Shown one piece after another: positions 18,508-27,723 of a stretch of 64,000 nucleotides of DNA (position 1 is the first letter of the stretch; every line of letters starts with the position of its first letter). The position numbers and the translations under genes were made by a program. This stretch comes from Chloroflexota bacterium (GTDB lineage Bacteria > Chloroflexota > Limnocylindria > Limnocylindrales > CSP1-4): the NCBI GenBank assembly GCA_040389445.1, contig JAZJZX010000003.1, positions 5,298 through 69,297 on the forward strand, in the 5' to 3' direction. The notes beneath the pieces are model-generated. The model was not told the origin of the DNA, did no database searches, and saw nothing but the letters and a program-made list of their open reading frames with translations.

Positions 18508-19214
18508 GAGGCCGAAGCCACGATGAGCGCACGCTCGAGTTTGGAGCTCGTGGCCGGCGCCAGATCCGGCCGGCGGGAGAGCAGGACCCCGAGCGCGGCG
18601 AGATCCGCCTCGGTACCGGATCGAAGCTCGCACTCGAGCTCCACCCAGCGCTCCGGTCTGCCGCCCGGCCGCGCGACCTCGACCTCGTCCAGGCTCAGCT
18701 CGACCACGCTCGCCCCGACGGCGACGTCTCGTTGCAGGCGTCGTTGCCGCAGCGTCGCGAGGGTCACGAGCGGGTCCGTGCCGATGGCGTCGAGGAGTCG
18801 ATCGCGCGCCGGGCTGGGAGGCCACCCGCGCGGGTCGCCGACCTCACCCGTATCAACGTGACCGGTCCCATCCTCCGGCTCCTCGGCGTCCTCCGCGCGC
18901 GCGGCATCGCCCTCGAGCTCGAGGCGACGGTGGACGGCGCCCACACCGCGGCGCGCAAGCGACTTGATCGTGAGACGGTGCCCACCGTCCCCGGTCCGAA
19001 TCCGGGCCACGAGGCCGGCAGTGCCGAGCGCCCGCCCGGCCGTGTCGAGGTACTGATCCCGAGCGTCCACGCTCCGGGCCGGACCGAGGGGCACGACGCC
19101 GGGCAAGACGGCCGCAGGATCCATGATCAGCGTCCGGATCGCCGCTGCGTCGAGGACGACCAGCTTGAGCTCGATCTCCTCGGGGGATGACCGGCCCGGA
19201 TCAGCGCTCGGCAA
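18492..19214 (-). CDS. CYTH-domain protein (inorganic triphosphatase/YgiF-like); start uncertain (19214 or 19277)
   Basis: EIELK (ExExK), DQYLDT, VARIR, LTIK, ELSLD, ELECEL, SKLER. Confidence 0.85.
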   Translation of the reverse strand: MPSADPGRSSPEEIELKLVVLDAAAIRTLIMDPAAVLPGVVPLGPARSVDARDQYLDTAGRALGTAGLVARIRTGDGGHRLTIKSLARRGVGAVHRRLELEGDAARAEDAEEPEDGTGHVDTGEVGDPRGWPPSPARDRLLDAIGTDPLVTLATLRQRRLQRDVAVGASVVELSLDEVEVARPGGRPERWVELECELRSGTEADLAALGVLLSRRPDLAPATSSKLERALIVASASFTER

Positions 19215-19584
19215 CGCCCGGCCGCCCCTCCACGCCCGGCCGCTCCGCGACACAGACCGAACAGGGGCAGCGATCACGCAGGAGCACGAACGGGTAGTAG
19301 CCCGTGTGATGTCCGTCGGCCCAACCGGGCGCGATGGCGTACGAGCCGATCAGGTGGACATCCGTGAGCCGGGTCTGCTCCGCGGTGAGCGTGGGCGCCG
19401 TGTCCAGCCAGCCGGGCATGCCGGCTTCGCCGCGGCAGTACGCGCAGGGGCACAGCCATCGGAGTCCGACGGCCTCGAAGACCGAGTGGTGCTCATCGGC
19501 CCAATCGATCTCGAGGGTGCCGGCTGAACGATCCGCGTGGATTCGGACGGGCAGCGCCTGGTCGCCGGAGGGGAGGGTCTTCAC
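19201..19584 (-). CDS. DUF971 / GBBH-like N-terminal domain protein
   Basis: LEIDWAD, LRWLCPCAYC, GSYAI, WADGHHTGYY; GTG start 6 nt after CACAAT. Confidence 0.85.
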   Translation of the reverse strand: MKTLPSGDQALPVRIHADRSAGTLEIDWADEHHSVFEAVGLRWLCPCAYCRGEAGMPGWLDTAPTLTAEQTRLTDVHLIGSYAIAPGWADGHHTGYYPFVLLRDRCPCSVCVAERPGVEGRPGVAER

Positions 19585-19692
19585 CCTCGGATTGTGCCTC
19601 GGCCGAGGCGAGCGCGCTGATGGGCCCATCGGCCCGCCCGTTCCCACCGAACGCCCCGTCCACGGAACGCGCCGTTGGGCGATCATCCACAG

Positions 19693-22239
19693 GTGATCGA
19701 CCCACAGGTTCTTGCCTCTGCCGCGGTGGAGGCGCACGCCCGCCCGGCGGAGGCGGTCGCCGCGACGTTCCAGGTCGACCTCAGACGTGGTCTCGGCGAT
19801 GGGGAGGCCCTGGCGCGGGCCGAGCTCGTCGGCCCCAATGCATTGGAACCAGCGCGCCGATCGTCGATTCTCGGGATGGTCTTCGAGGCCGCGACCGAAC
19901 CCTTCGTCCTGCTCCTCGCACTGTCCGGGATCGGGGCGATCCTCCTCGGTGAGGTCCGCGACGGGATCCTGATCATGATCGGGCTCCTCCCGATCGTCGG
20001 CGCGGATGTGATCACGGGGTACCGCGGCGAGCGGGCCCTCGATGCCCTGCGTGACGCTTCGGCCCCGACGGCGCGGGTGCGGCGCGACGGCACGGCGCAC
20101 GACATCCCGGCCGCGCAACTGGTGCCCGGGGACCTGGTGCTGCTCCGGGTCGGCGACATCGTGCCGGCCGACCTGCGGATCACCAGATCGGAGCGATTGC
20201 TCGTCGATCGAAGCGTGCTGACCGGCGAATCGGTTCCCGAGCCGGCGCAGTCCACGCCCGATGCGGCGGGCACGGTGCTGGCAGAGCGCCACGCGATGGC
20301 GTTTGCCGGTACGAGCGTCGTCGGCGGTCACGGCGAGGGGATCGTCGTCGCGATCGGGGCCGCCACCGAATTCGGGCGGATCGCCGGGCGCCTGACCGTC
20401 CGGACGACGCGCCGGTCACCTCTCCAGCACGAACTGGACCGGTTGGTCCGGATCATGCTGGTCGTCGCACTTGCCCTGATCGCCATCGTGACCGGCCTCG
20501 GATTCCTCCGCGGTCAGACGCTCGGCCAGAACCTGCTGGCGGGGATTTCCGCGGCCATCGCGGCGATCCCCGAGGAACCACCGGTACTCCTGGCGGTCAT
20601 CCTCGGCCTGGGGGCGTACCGGCTCCTGAAACGGGGCGTTCTCGTTCGGCGCCTGAACGCCGAGGAGGTCCTGGGCGCCATCGATCTCATCGTCACGGAC
20701 AAGACCGGCACCCTGACGCTCAATCGCCTGGACGTGGCGTCGGTTCGATCCGCGGCCGGGACGCTCACCGACCATGCAGCGAGGGTCTCCGTCCTCACCG
20801 ACGCCCTCCGGGCCGAGGCGGACGCCTGGGCCAGGGCGGATGGCATCGCACCGGGATCGTTCACCCGGGCGATCGAACGCGCCCTCGAGGGCGAGGGCGC
20901 CGACACCGCCCTGGACCCCGATGACCTGGTTTCCGCCGATCCACCCACGGGGACTCGTCCCGTGTCGATCACGGTCGCTCGGCGTGACGGCGCAACGGAG
21001 CGGCTGGCGACGGGCGCCCCGGAATCCGTGCTGGCCATGGACGGCACCTCGGATCGGGCACAACGCGCCGCCTGGGAGGCGCAGCTGGAACTTGGGACCA
21101 CGGGCGGCGAGCGTCTGATCGGAATCGCCCGCGCCCCCCTCGGTGGGCCGTGGACCATGGTCGCGCTGGTCGGGTTCGCGGACCCGATTCGTCGCGGTAT
21201 CGGCGCCGCCCTTCGCGAGGCGCAGGACGCCGGGATCCAGACCATCGTGGTGACCGGGGACCATCCGGCGACGGCGGCCGCCATTGCCCGCGCCGCCGGT
21301 CTCGGCAATGAGCGGATCGTTTCGGGTGCGGACGTTGCATCCTGGGATGACGCGCGGCTGGAGCGCGAACTGCCCTCGCTCCATATCGTGGCCCGCTCGA
21401 CGCCCGAGCAGAAGGAGCGACTGGTTCGGGTCGCCCGCGCGAATGGCCGGATCGTGGCCGTGACCGGGGACGGCGTGAACGACGCTCCGGCCCTCCACCA
21501 CGCGGACGTCGCCGTGGCCATGGGCAGCGGGACGGCCGTTGCTCGCGAAGCGGCGGATCTCGTGCTCGGAGACGACTCCTTCGTGACCCTGATGTACGGG
21601 CTGCGCGAAGGCCGTCGGCTGGTGGACAACATCCAGAAAGGCCTGGTCTTCCTCGTTTCGACGCACATCGCGTTCCTCGGGTTCGTCCTCCTCGCCACGC
21701 TTGGCGGGTACGGTCAGCCGCTGCTTCCCATCCAGATCCTCTGGATGGAGCTGTTCATCGATTCGTCGACGTCGATCGCATTCGAGCGCGAACCCGGGGA
21801 GCCGGACATCATGGGTCGCCCACCGCGCAGGACGGGCGCGCCGCTGCTGTCCGCCTCCCTGATGCTCAGGATCACGCTGGCCGGCGGGTTTTCGGCCGTC
21901 GCCGCGCTGTGGCTGATGCAGACCCATCCGGGGAGCCCGGACCACGTTCGGTGGCTGGCGTACACGGCACTCGTCTGTGGGCAGGTGGTCCGCGCCTATG
22001 CGAATCGGAGCCTGCGCATTCCGGTCCTGCGGGTTGGCTCGAACCGCGTGCTCCTCGTGGGTGCCGTGCTCGTCGTGCTCATCCAGGCCGCCATCCCGTT
22101 CGTTCCCGGCGTCAACGAGGCGTTCCGGGCAAGTAGTCTCGATCTCGAGGAGTGGCTGCTCGTGGCGATCGTGGCCCTGCTGCCCGCCGTGGTCGCCGAG
22201 TTGATCCGGGCCCGCGGGCGGACCGTCTGGGTCGCCTGA
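19693..22239 (+). CDS. Cation-transporting P-type ATPase (type II-like; ion unknown)
   Basis: TGES, DKTGTLT, TGD, GDGVNDAPAL; TM4 PEEPP. Confidence 0.92.
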   Translation: MIDPQVLASAAVEAHARPAEAVAATFQVDLRRGLGDGEALARAELVGPNALEPARRSSILGMVFEAATEPFVLLLALSGIGAILLGEVRDGILIMIGLLPIVGADVITGYRGERALDALRDASAPTARVRRDGTAHDIPAAQLVPGDLVLLRVGDIVPADLRITRSERLLVDRSVLTGESVPEPAQSTPDAAGTVLAERHAMAFAGTSVVGGHGEGIVVAIGAATEFGRIAGRLTVRTTRRSPLQHELDRLVRIMLVVALALIAIVTGLGFLRGQTLGQNLLAGISAAIAAIPEEPPVLLAVILGLGAYRLLKRGVLVRRLNAEEVLGAIDLIVTDKTGTLTLNRLDVASVRSAAGTLTDHAARVSVLTDALRAEADAWARADGIAPGSFTRAIERALEGEGADTALDPDDLVSADPPTGTRPVSITVARRDGATERLATGAPESVLAMDGTSDRAQRAAWEAQLELGTTGGERLIGIARAPLGGPWTMVALVGFADPIRRGIGAALREAQDAGIQTIVVTGDHPATAAAIARAAGLGNERIVSGADVASWDDARLERELPSLHIVARSTPEQKERLVRVARANGRIVAVTGDGVNDAPALHHADVAVAMGSGTAVAREAADLVLGDDSFVTLMYGLREGRRLVDNIQKGLVFLVSTHIAFLGFVLLATLGGYGQPLLPIQILWMELFIDSSTSIAFEREPGEPDIMGRPPRRTGAPLLSASLMLRITLAGGFSAVAALWLMQTHPGSPDHVRWLAYTALVCGQVVRAYANRSLRIPVLRVGSNRVLLVGAVLVVLIQAAIPFVPGVNEAFRASSLDLEEWLLVAIVALLPAVVAELIRARGRTVWVA

Positions 22240-22268
22240 CCGGACCGTCCCGGTCGCCTGACCGGACC
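22230..22268 (+). repeat. 17-bp direct duplication of the ATPase stop-codon region
   Basis: GGTCGCCTGACCGGACC at 22230 and 22252. Confidence 0.85.
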
Positions 22269-22314
22269 ATCGGGCCTCGGGACGGCCGACCCCGCTCGGG
22301 CTATCCTCGCCCGG

Positions 22315-23286
22315 ATGTCCCTCGTCATCGACGGTCTGCGTAAACGATTCGACCGTATCCAGGCGCTCGACGACCTGTCCCTGGAGATCCCGGCCGGCCA
22401 CGTCTACGGGTTTCTCGGCGCCAATGGTGCCGGCAAGACCACCACGATGCGGATCGCGTTGGGTGTCCTCAGGGCGGATGCCGGCACGATCAGCTGGGAC
22501 GGGACGGATCACCGACGACTCCGGCGAGCAACCTGGGGCTACCTCCCCGAGGAGCGCGGCCTCTATCCGAAAATGACCGTCCTGGATCAGCTCGTGTTCT
22601 TTGGCCGGCTGCACGGCGCTTCGGCCGATCAGGCGGCGCGTGACGCCCAGGCCTGGCTCACCCGGCTCCGCGCGCCCGATGTTGCGAATCGCCGCGCCGG
22701 CGAACTGTCCAAGGGCAACCAGCAGAAGGTCCAGTTCCTGGCCGCGGTCATCCACGACCCGGACATCCTCCTGCTGGATGAGCCGTTCACCGGGCTCGAC
22801 CCGGTGAACGTCGTCCTGATCAGACAGGCCATCCTCGAGCTCCGTGGGCGCGGCAAGACCATCGTCCTCTCGACGCACCAGATGGAGACCGTGGAGGCGA
22901 TGTGCGAGTCCATCGCCATCATCGATGCCGGACGAACCGTGATCAGCGGGACACTCCGCGACGTGAAGCGTTCCACCGGCCGGCAGAGTGTCGTCCTGGG
23001 CATCGAGGGGCAGAGTGACCTCGCCTGGGTGGACGGTATTGCCGGGGTCCGCACGCTCCGACCGGGCATCGACCGGGTGGAGCTGGACCTGGAGCCGGGC
23101 ACGGAACCGGGGTCGGTGCTCGCCGCCGCCGTGGCGCGCGGCCTCCGGGTCCGCCATTTCGAGGTCACCGATCCAACCCTGGAGCAGGTGTTCATCGAGT
23201 TGGTGGGACACCCGGCGGCCGACGACGAGACGCTGGCAGCGATGGCGCCTGCCGATACCGGCGTGGCAGCGGACCCGGCGGCATGA
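22315..23286 (+). CDS. ABC exporter ATP-binding subunit (NatA/YhaQ-like)
   Basis: GANGAGKTT, LSKGNQQK, LLDEPFTGLDP, YLPEERGLYP. Confidence 0.92.
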   Translation: MSLVIDGLRKRFDRIQALDDLSLEIPAGHVYGFLGANGAGKTTTMRIALGVLRADAGTISWDGTDHRRLRRATWGYLPEERGLYPKMTVLDQLVFFGRLHGASADQAARDAQAWLTRLRAPDVANRRAGELSKGNQQKVQFLAAVIHDPDILLLDEPFTGLDPVNVVLIRQAILELRGRGKTIVLSTHQMETVEAMCESIAIIDAGRTVISGTLRDVKRSTGRQSVVLGIEGQSDLAWVDGIAGVRTLRPGIDRVELDLEPGTEPGSVLAAAVARGLRVRHFEVTDPTLEQVFIELVGHPAADDETLAAMAPADTGVAADPAA

Positions 23287-24602
23287 CCGGCGAGCACGGC
23301 GCCCGCCACGACGCGACCTTTCCGAATACCCGGATCGTCGCCCGACGCGAATTCCTCGAACGGGTCCGGAGCCGCCCCTACGCCGCGTCGACCGTGCTCC
23401 TGGCGCTGCTCGCGGTCCTCGTGGCCTTCATGCCGATCATCGTCCGGCTCGTCGACCGGGACACCACCACCACGATCGCCATCGTCGCCGACGACGCGGC
23501 CCTGGCCGAACGCTCGTCCTCGATCATGCGCAGCGTCCTCAGCACGGCAAGCGGCGGCTCGCCCGATTCGTGGGTCTTCGAGATCGACACGGACCGCGAG
23601 GCGGTCACCGCGGCCGTCGGCGACGGCCGCGTGGACGGAGCGCTCTTCGCGACCCGCGACGCATCCGGCCGCCTGGACTTCACGTTCCTGACCGGGCAGG
23701 GCCTGGGCGCTGATCGGACCCAGTTCGTCGCCATCGGCACCTTTGCCGTCGCATTCCTGGAGTGGACCGAACTGGTCAAGCCGGCAGGCGAGGTGCCGTT
23801 CCTCGCACCGACGCTGGATATCCTCGCGGGGGCCGGCCCAAGCACGGGCGGCGTGCCGCTGGGCGCGGGCGAGATCGCCAGCCGCCAGTTGCTCGGCACC
23901 GTTCTCGTGGTCGTCCTGTTCCTGACCATGGTCATCTATGGGATGTGGGTGGCCGTGGGAGTCGCCGTCGAGAAGGAAACGCGGGTCATGGAGCTGCTGA
24001 TCAGCGCGGCATCGCCGCGGCAGCTGGTGCTCGGCAAGGTGCTCGGCATCGGCACCGCGGGGCTCCTGCAGTACGGGACGATCCTCGTGCCTGCCCTTGT
24101 CGCGCTTGCGCTCCAGCGACCCATCGGCGAGGCGCTCGGCCTCGGATCGGGCATCACGCCGCCGCTGGCCGGCATCACGCCCGAACTGCTGCTCTCCTAC
24201 GGGCTCTTCTTCGTCCTCGGGTTCACCCTGTACGCCCTGATCTACGCTGCCGCAGGTTCTCTCGTCAGCCGGGTGGAGGACCTCCAGGTCATCGCCCTGC
24301 CCATGAGCCTGCTCGGGATCGCCGGTTACCTCCAGGCCGTGCTCGCTCTCTCGGGCGGACTGTCCACGTTCGTCCGCGTCGCGTCGTTCGTGCCGTTCTG
24401 GAGTCCCTTCGTGATGTTCGCCCGGCTCACCGTCGGTCGGGTGGAGCCGTGGGAACTCGCCATCGCGTTCGGGCTCCTGATCCTCGCCATCGCCCTCGTC
24501 GCCGCTCTCGCCATCCGGGTCTACTCGGCTGGCGTGCTCCTCTATGGGCAGCGACCCGGCGCGCGGCGCATCCTCCGCGCAGTCATCAGCCCGGACGCCT
24601 GA
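23283..24602 (+). CDS. ABC-2 type exporter permease (NatB/YhaP-like)
   Basis: EKETRVMELLIS, GKVLG, FVPFWSPFVM; ATGA overlap with the ATPase. Confidence 0.88.
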   Translation: MTGEHGARHDATFPNTRIVARREFLERVRSRPYAASTVLLALLAVLVAFMPIIVRLVDRDTTTTIAIVADDAALAERSSSIMRSVLSTASGGSPDSWVFEIDTDREAVTAAVGDGRVDGALFATRDASGRLDFTFLTGQGLGADRTQFVAIGTFAVAFLEWTELVKPAGEVPFLAPTLDILAGAGPSTGGVPLGAGEIASRQLLGTVLVVVLFLTMVIYGMWVAVGVAVEKETRVMELLISAASPRQLVLGKVLGIGTAGLLQYGTILVPALVALALQRPIGEALGLGSGITPPLAGITPELLLSYGLFFVLGFTLYALIYAAAGSLVSRVEDLQVIALPMSLLGIAGYLQAVLALSGGLSTFVRVASFVPFWSPFVMFARLTVGRVEPWELAIAFGLLILAIALVAALAIRVYSAGVLLYGQRPGARRILRAVISPDA

Positions 24603-24614
24603 CGCTCCCTCTCA

Positions 24615-24630
24615 GTCCGATTCGTCGGAC
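24615..24630. terminator. UUCG tetraloop hairpin between convergent genes
   Basis: GTCCGA-TTCG-TCGGAC perfect 6-bp stem. Confidence 0.45.
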
Positions 24631-24664
24631 GGGCGGATCGCATGAAGGACGCTCGGCAGGCGCC

Positions 24665-25450
24665 TCAGGCCGGCTCGTCGGGGGTCGCCGGGTCGGCAAG
24701 GGTGGCGTCGAGATCCTCGAGCCCGAGTGGAAGGCGCCGGATCAGGGCCAGCACGGGGGCATCGCCCGTGACCGCATCGACGGTCATTGACGGCGACCGC
24801 TCGACATCCAATCCGGTCTGGCCGGTCGGCGTGAACCGCCACAGCCGGCTCCGGACCCCGCAGAGGTACGGGCTCGATCGATGCCTCGCCAGAACGCCGG
24901 CCAGGCCCTGGGCTGCCACCGCCTGGAACAGCGCCCGGCCCTCGGCGGGGATGGCCGGAACCGTCAGCACCTCGTCCCCGGGTCGGAGCGTCCGGCGAAG
25001 CTGCTCGCGCCGGCGTTCGAGCGGCTGATTCAGGAGCGATCGACCGTCGAGGTGCAACAGGTCGAAAACGAGGAACGCCACGGGCCGCCCGGGCTCACCG
25101 GATCGTCGCCGGGCGAGTTCGCCGGGGTCGGCGCGCCCTGCGGCGTCGACGACGACGAGCTCACCATCGAGTACCGCCGACCGCGCCGCCACACGCACCC
25201 CGAGCCCGGCCAGTTCCGGCGGCATGATCGGCAGGGGAACCCCGTCGGCACCGAGAAACACGACGCTGCCTCCACCCGCCGTCGCCGCGGGTCCGACCAC
25301 GGCGAGGACGCGCAACCCGCCCCAGGATGGCTCGAACAGATGGTCCGCCGAATCGAAGGGCTCGGAGAGCGTTCTGGCGAGCATCGGGCGCAGCGTGACC
25401 GGCGGGTTCGGCAGCGCCGGCTCGAGGCGAAGCGAAAGCTGGTCGGACAT
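24665..25450 (-). CDS. ATP-dependent DNA ligase adenylation-domain homologue (LigC/LigD-like) with degenerate active site
   Basis: PMLAR, FEPSWGGLR (KxDG absent), VLDGELV, FLVFDLL, LERRREQL, SPY..G.RS..W. Confidence 0.8.
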   Translation of the reverse strand: MSDQLSLRLEPALPNPPVTLRPMLARTLSEPFDSADHLFEPSWGGLRVLAVVGPAATAGGGSVVFLGADGVPLPIMPPELAGLGVRVAARSAVLDGELVVVDAAGRADPGELARRRSGEPGRPVAFLVFDLLHLDGRSLLNQPLERRREQLRRTLRPGDEVLTVPAIPAEGRALFQAVAAQGLAGVLARHRSSPYLCGVRSRLWRFTPTGQTGLDVERSPSMTVDAVTGDAPVLALIRRLPLGLEDLDATLADPATPDEPA

Positions 25451-25517
25451 CGCCGGCCGATGGTAGTCGGTAGACTCTGCGGGGAGCGTCAGTCGTCGTT
25501 CGTACGGGAGCAAGCGT

Positions 25518-27686
25518 TTGACATCGAACTCAAAACGAGGCTCGCGTCCCGACGATCTGTACCGGCTCCGCATCCCCACCGACCCCCGGCTGGCGCCCGA
25601 CGGCCGTGCGATCGTCTGTGTCCTGCGGGAGTCTGCACCGGCTCACGATGGCTATCGCTCCGCCATCTGGCGGGTGGCGCTGGATCCCGAAGGATCGGCA
25701 GCCGGGGAGCCCGAGCGACTGACACTCGGCGTTCGCCAGGACACACACCCTCGCTATGCGCCCGACGGCGCGACGCTGGCCTTTCTGAGCGATCGCCGCA
25801 AGGTGGTGGAGGAGGAGCTCGGCACCACGCCGGACCGCGAGGACGCCGTTCAGGTCCATCTCCTCCCGCTGGATCGCCCGGGCGAGGCACGTCGGCTGAC
25901 AGATCTGCCGCGCGGCGTCGACGACTTCGCGTGGTCCCCCGACGGCACCCGCCTCGCCGTGATCTCGGCGTCCCGGGCCGCCGACCGTGCCGGCGACGAC
26001 CGTGCCCGACGACGACTCCGGGACCCTGGGCCGAACCAGCCGCCGATCAGCGACTACTGGTATTTCGATCGTCTCAACTACCAGTTCAATGGAGCCGGCG
26101 TCGTAGCCGGCCGGACCCTGCACCTGTGGATCGTGGACGTGACCTCCGGTGAGGCGCGTCGGCTGACGAACCTGCCGGCCGGGGTCGGGGGCCCCGCGTG
26201 GTCGCCCGACGGGCGACGGATCGCGATCACGACCGGCCGGCGCCGTGACCACGACCTGGCGTCGTTCGCCCGGGTGGTGGTCGTGGACGTCGAGACCGGG
26301 CGGCCGACGACCGTCGCGGAGCATCGAGACGGCTTCTTTCACAGCCCGGTCTGGCTGGGTCGGGGCGACGAGATCGCCGTGGTCGGCGGCGATCTGCCCC
26401 ATGGCTTGTACCGGTCCGACATCTGGGTGTTTGCCGCGGACGGCTCCGAGCCCGAGCGCGGCCGTAACCGTTCAGCCGGGCACGACCTCATGCCTCGCTC
26501 GGCGATGACGAGTGATACGAGTGTCGATGAGGACGACCGCCTGATCGCGTCGAGCGACGGCCGATCCGTGATCTTCACGGCACCGGTGCTGGGCGCCTAC
26601 GAGGCGTGGCGGATCGATATCGGGGATGGGCACCTCGTCCGGTTGACCGAGGATCGGCACTACCTGTCCGCCATCGACGTCGTGGATCTGGGTCCGGGCG
26701 GCCTGATCATCGGGTCGATACGATCGACGCCGACGCTCCTTCCGGAGCTGTCGGTCGGCTTCGCGCCCGCCGCCTGGCGCACCGATGCCCGACCCGCCGG
26801 CGCCCCCGCCCCGGTGGTGCTGCGAACGGTCTCCTCGTTCAACGGCGCGGTCCAGGACGAGGTGTACCTGCGTCCGGCCGTCGAACGATCGTCGAAGGTC
26901 GATGGGCGGGAGATCCAGGGGTGGCTGATCGCGGCCGGGGACGGAATGCAGCCGACGGTCGTCCAGATCCACGGCGGCCCACACAGCCTCTATGGTTGGG
27001 CCCCGTTGCTCGAATTCCAGATCCTCGCTGCGTCGGGGATGTCCGTCTTCTACTGCAATCCGCGCGGCTCCGAAGGCTATGGTCGTGACTTCAACGAGGC
27101 GAATCTCGCGGACTGGGGCGACGGCCCCATGCGTGACGTCATCGCGGGCGTGGATGCGCTGGTCGCCGACGGGCTCGCCGATCCGGATCGGCTCGGGGTC
27201 ACCGGGGGTTCGTACGGCGGGTACCTGACGACCTGGATCGTCGCGCATGACCACCGGTTCCGCGCGGCGATGACCTGCCGCTCCGTGGCCGATCTTTCGA
27301 TGCTCATGCTTACCGGCGATCTCGGCGGCACGGACTGGGCGAAGATGGAGTTGGGCGCCTACCCCTGGGAAGACCCGGACCTGTATCGCGACCTTTCCCC
27401 ATTGACCCACGCGCCGAACATCCGTACGCCGCTGCTGATTCAGCATGCCGAACAGGACCTCCGGACCACGATCGGGCAGGCCGAGGCGCTGTTCTCGGTC
27501 CTGCGAAAACATCGCCGACCAGTCCGGATGATGCGGGTCCCAGGCGAGTCCCACGAGCTCACAAGATCGGGAACCCCGTTTCGTCGTGCGGAAAACCTCA
27601 TCCAGGTCCGCGACTGGTTCGCGCATTTCCTCGTCCAGGGTCGGAGAACGCTCCCGAGGGCGCCTCGGTCGCGCCACGGGCAGTAG
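25518..27686 (+). CDS. S9 family peptidase (acylaminoacyl/prolyl oligopeptidase-like) with PD40 propeller
   Basis: IHGGP, NPRGSEGYG, GGSYGG, QDLRT, ESHEL; repeated WSPDG. Confidence 0.93.
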   Translation: MTSNSKRGSRPDDLYRLRIPTDPRLAPDGRAIVCVLRESAPAHDGYRSAIWRVALDPEGSAAGEPERLTLGVRQDTHPRYAPDGATLAFLSDRRKVVEEELGTTPDREDAVQVHLLPLDRPGEARRLTDLPRGVDDFAWSPDGTRLAVISASRAADRAGDDRARRRLRDPGPNQPPISDYWYFDRLNYQFNGAGVVAGRTLHLWIVDVTSGEARRLTNLPAGVGGPAWSPDGRRIAITTGRRRDHDLASFARVVVVDVETGRPTTVAEHRDGFFHSPVWLGRGDEIAVVGGDLPHGLYRSDIWVFAADGSEPERGRNRSAGHDLMPRSAMTSDTSVDEDDRLIASSDGRSVIFTAPVLGAYEAWRIDIGDGHLVRLTEDRHYLSAIDVVDLGPGGLIIGSIRSTPTLLPELSVGFAPAAWRTDARPAGAPAPVVLRTVSSFNGAVQDEVYLRPAVERSSKVDGREIQGWLIAAGDGMQPTVVQIHGGPHSLYGWAPLLEFQILAASGMSVFYCNPRGSEGYGRDFNEANLADWGDGPMRDVIAGVDALVADGLADPDRLGVTGGSYGGYLTTWIVAHDHRFRAAMTCRSVADLSMLMLTGDLGGTDWAKMELGAYPWEDPDLYRDLSPLTHAPNIRTPLLIQHAEQDLRTTIGQAEALFSVLRKHRRPVRMMRVPGESHELTRSGTPFRRAENLIQVRDWFAHFLVQGRRTLPRAPRSRHGQ

Positions 27687-27723
27687 GTCGCCGCTTCGGG
27701 ATCGGCGGTATCCTCACCGTCCC

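Noticed and set aside
20416-23211. Long antisense or alternative-frame ORFs (e.g. 20416-23211, 38111-40618, 42016-44166, 50977-53154)
   Set aside because: Shadow ORFs of well-supported genes, expected in high-GC DNA; no motifs. Only the YhhN tail of 38111-40618 is real
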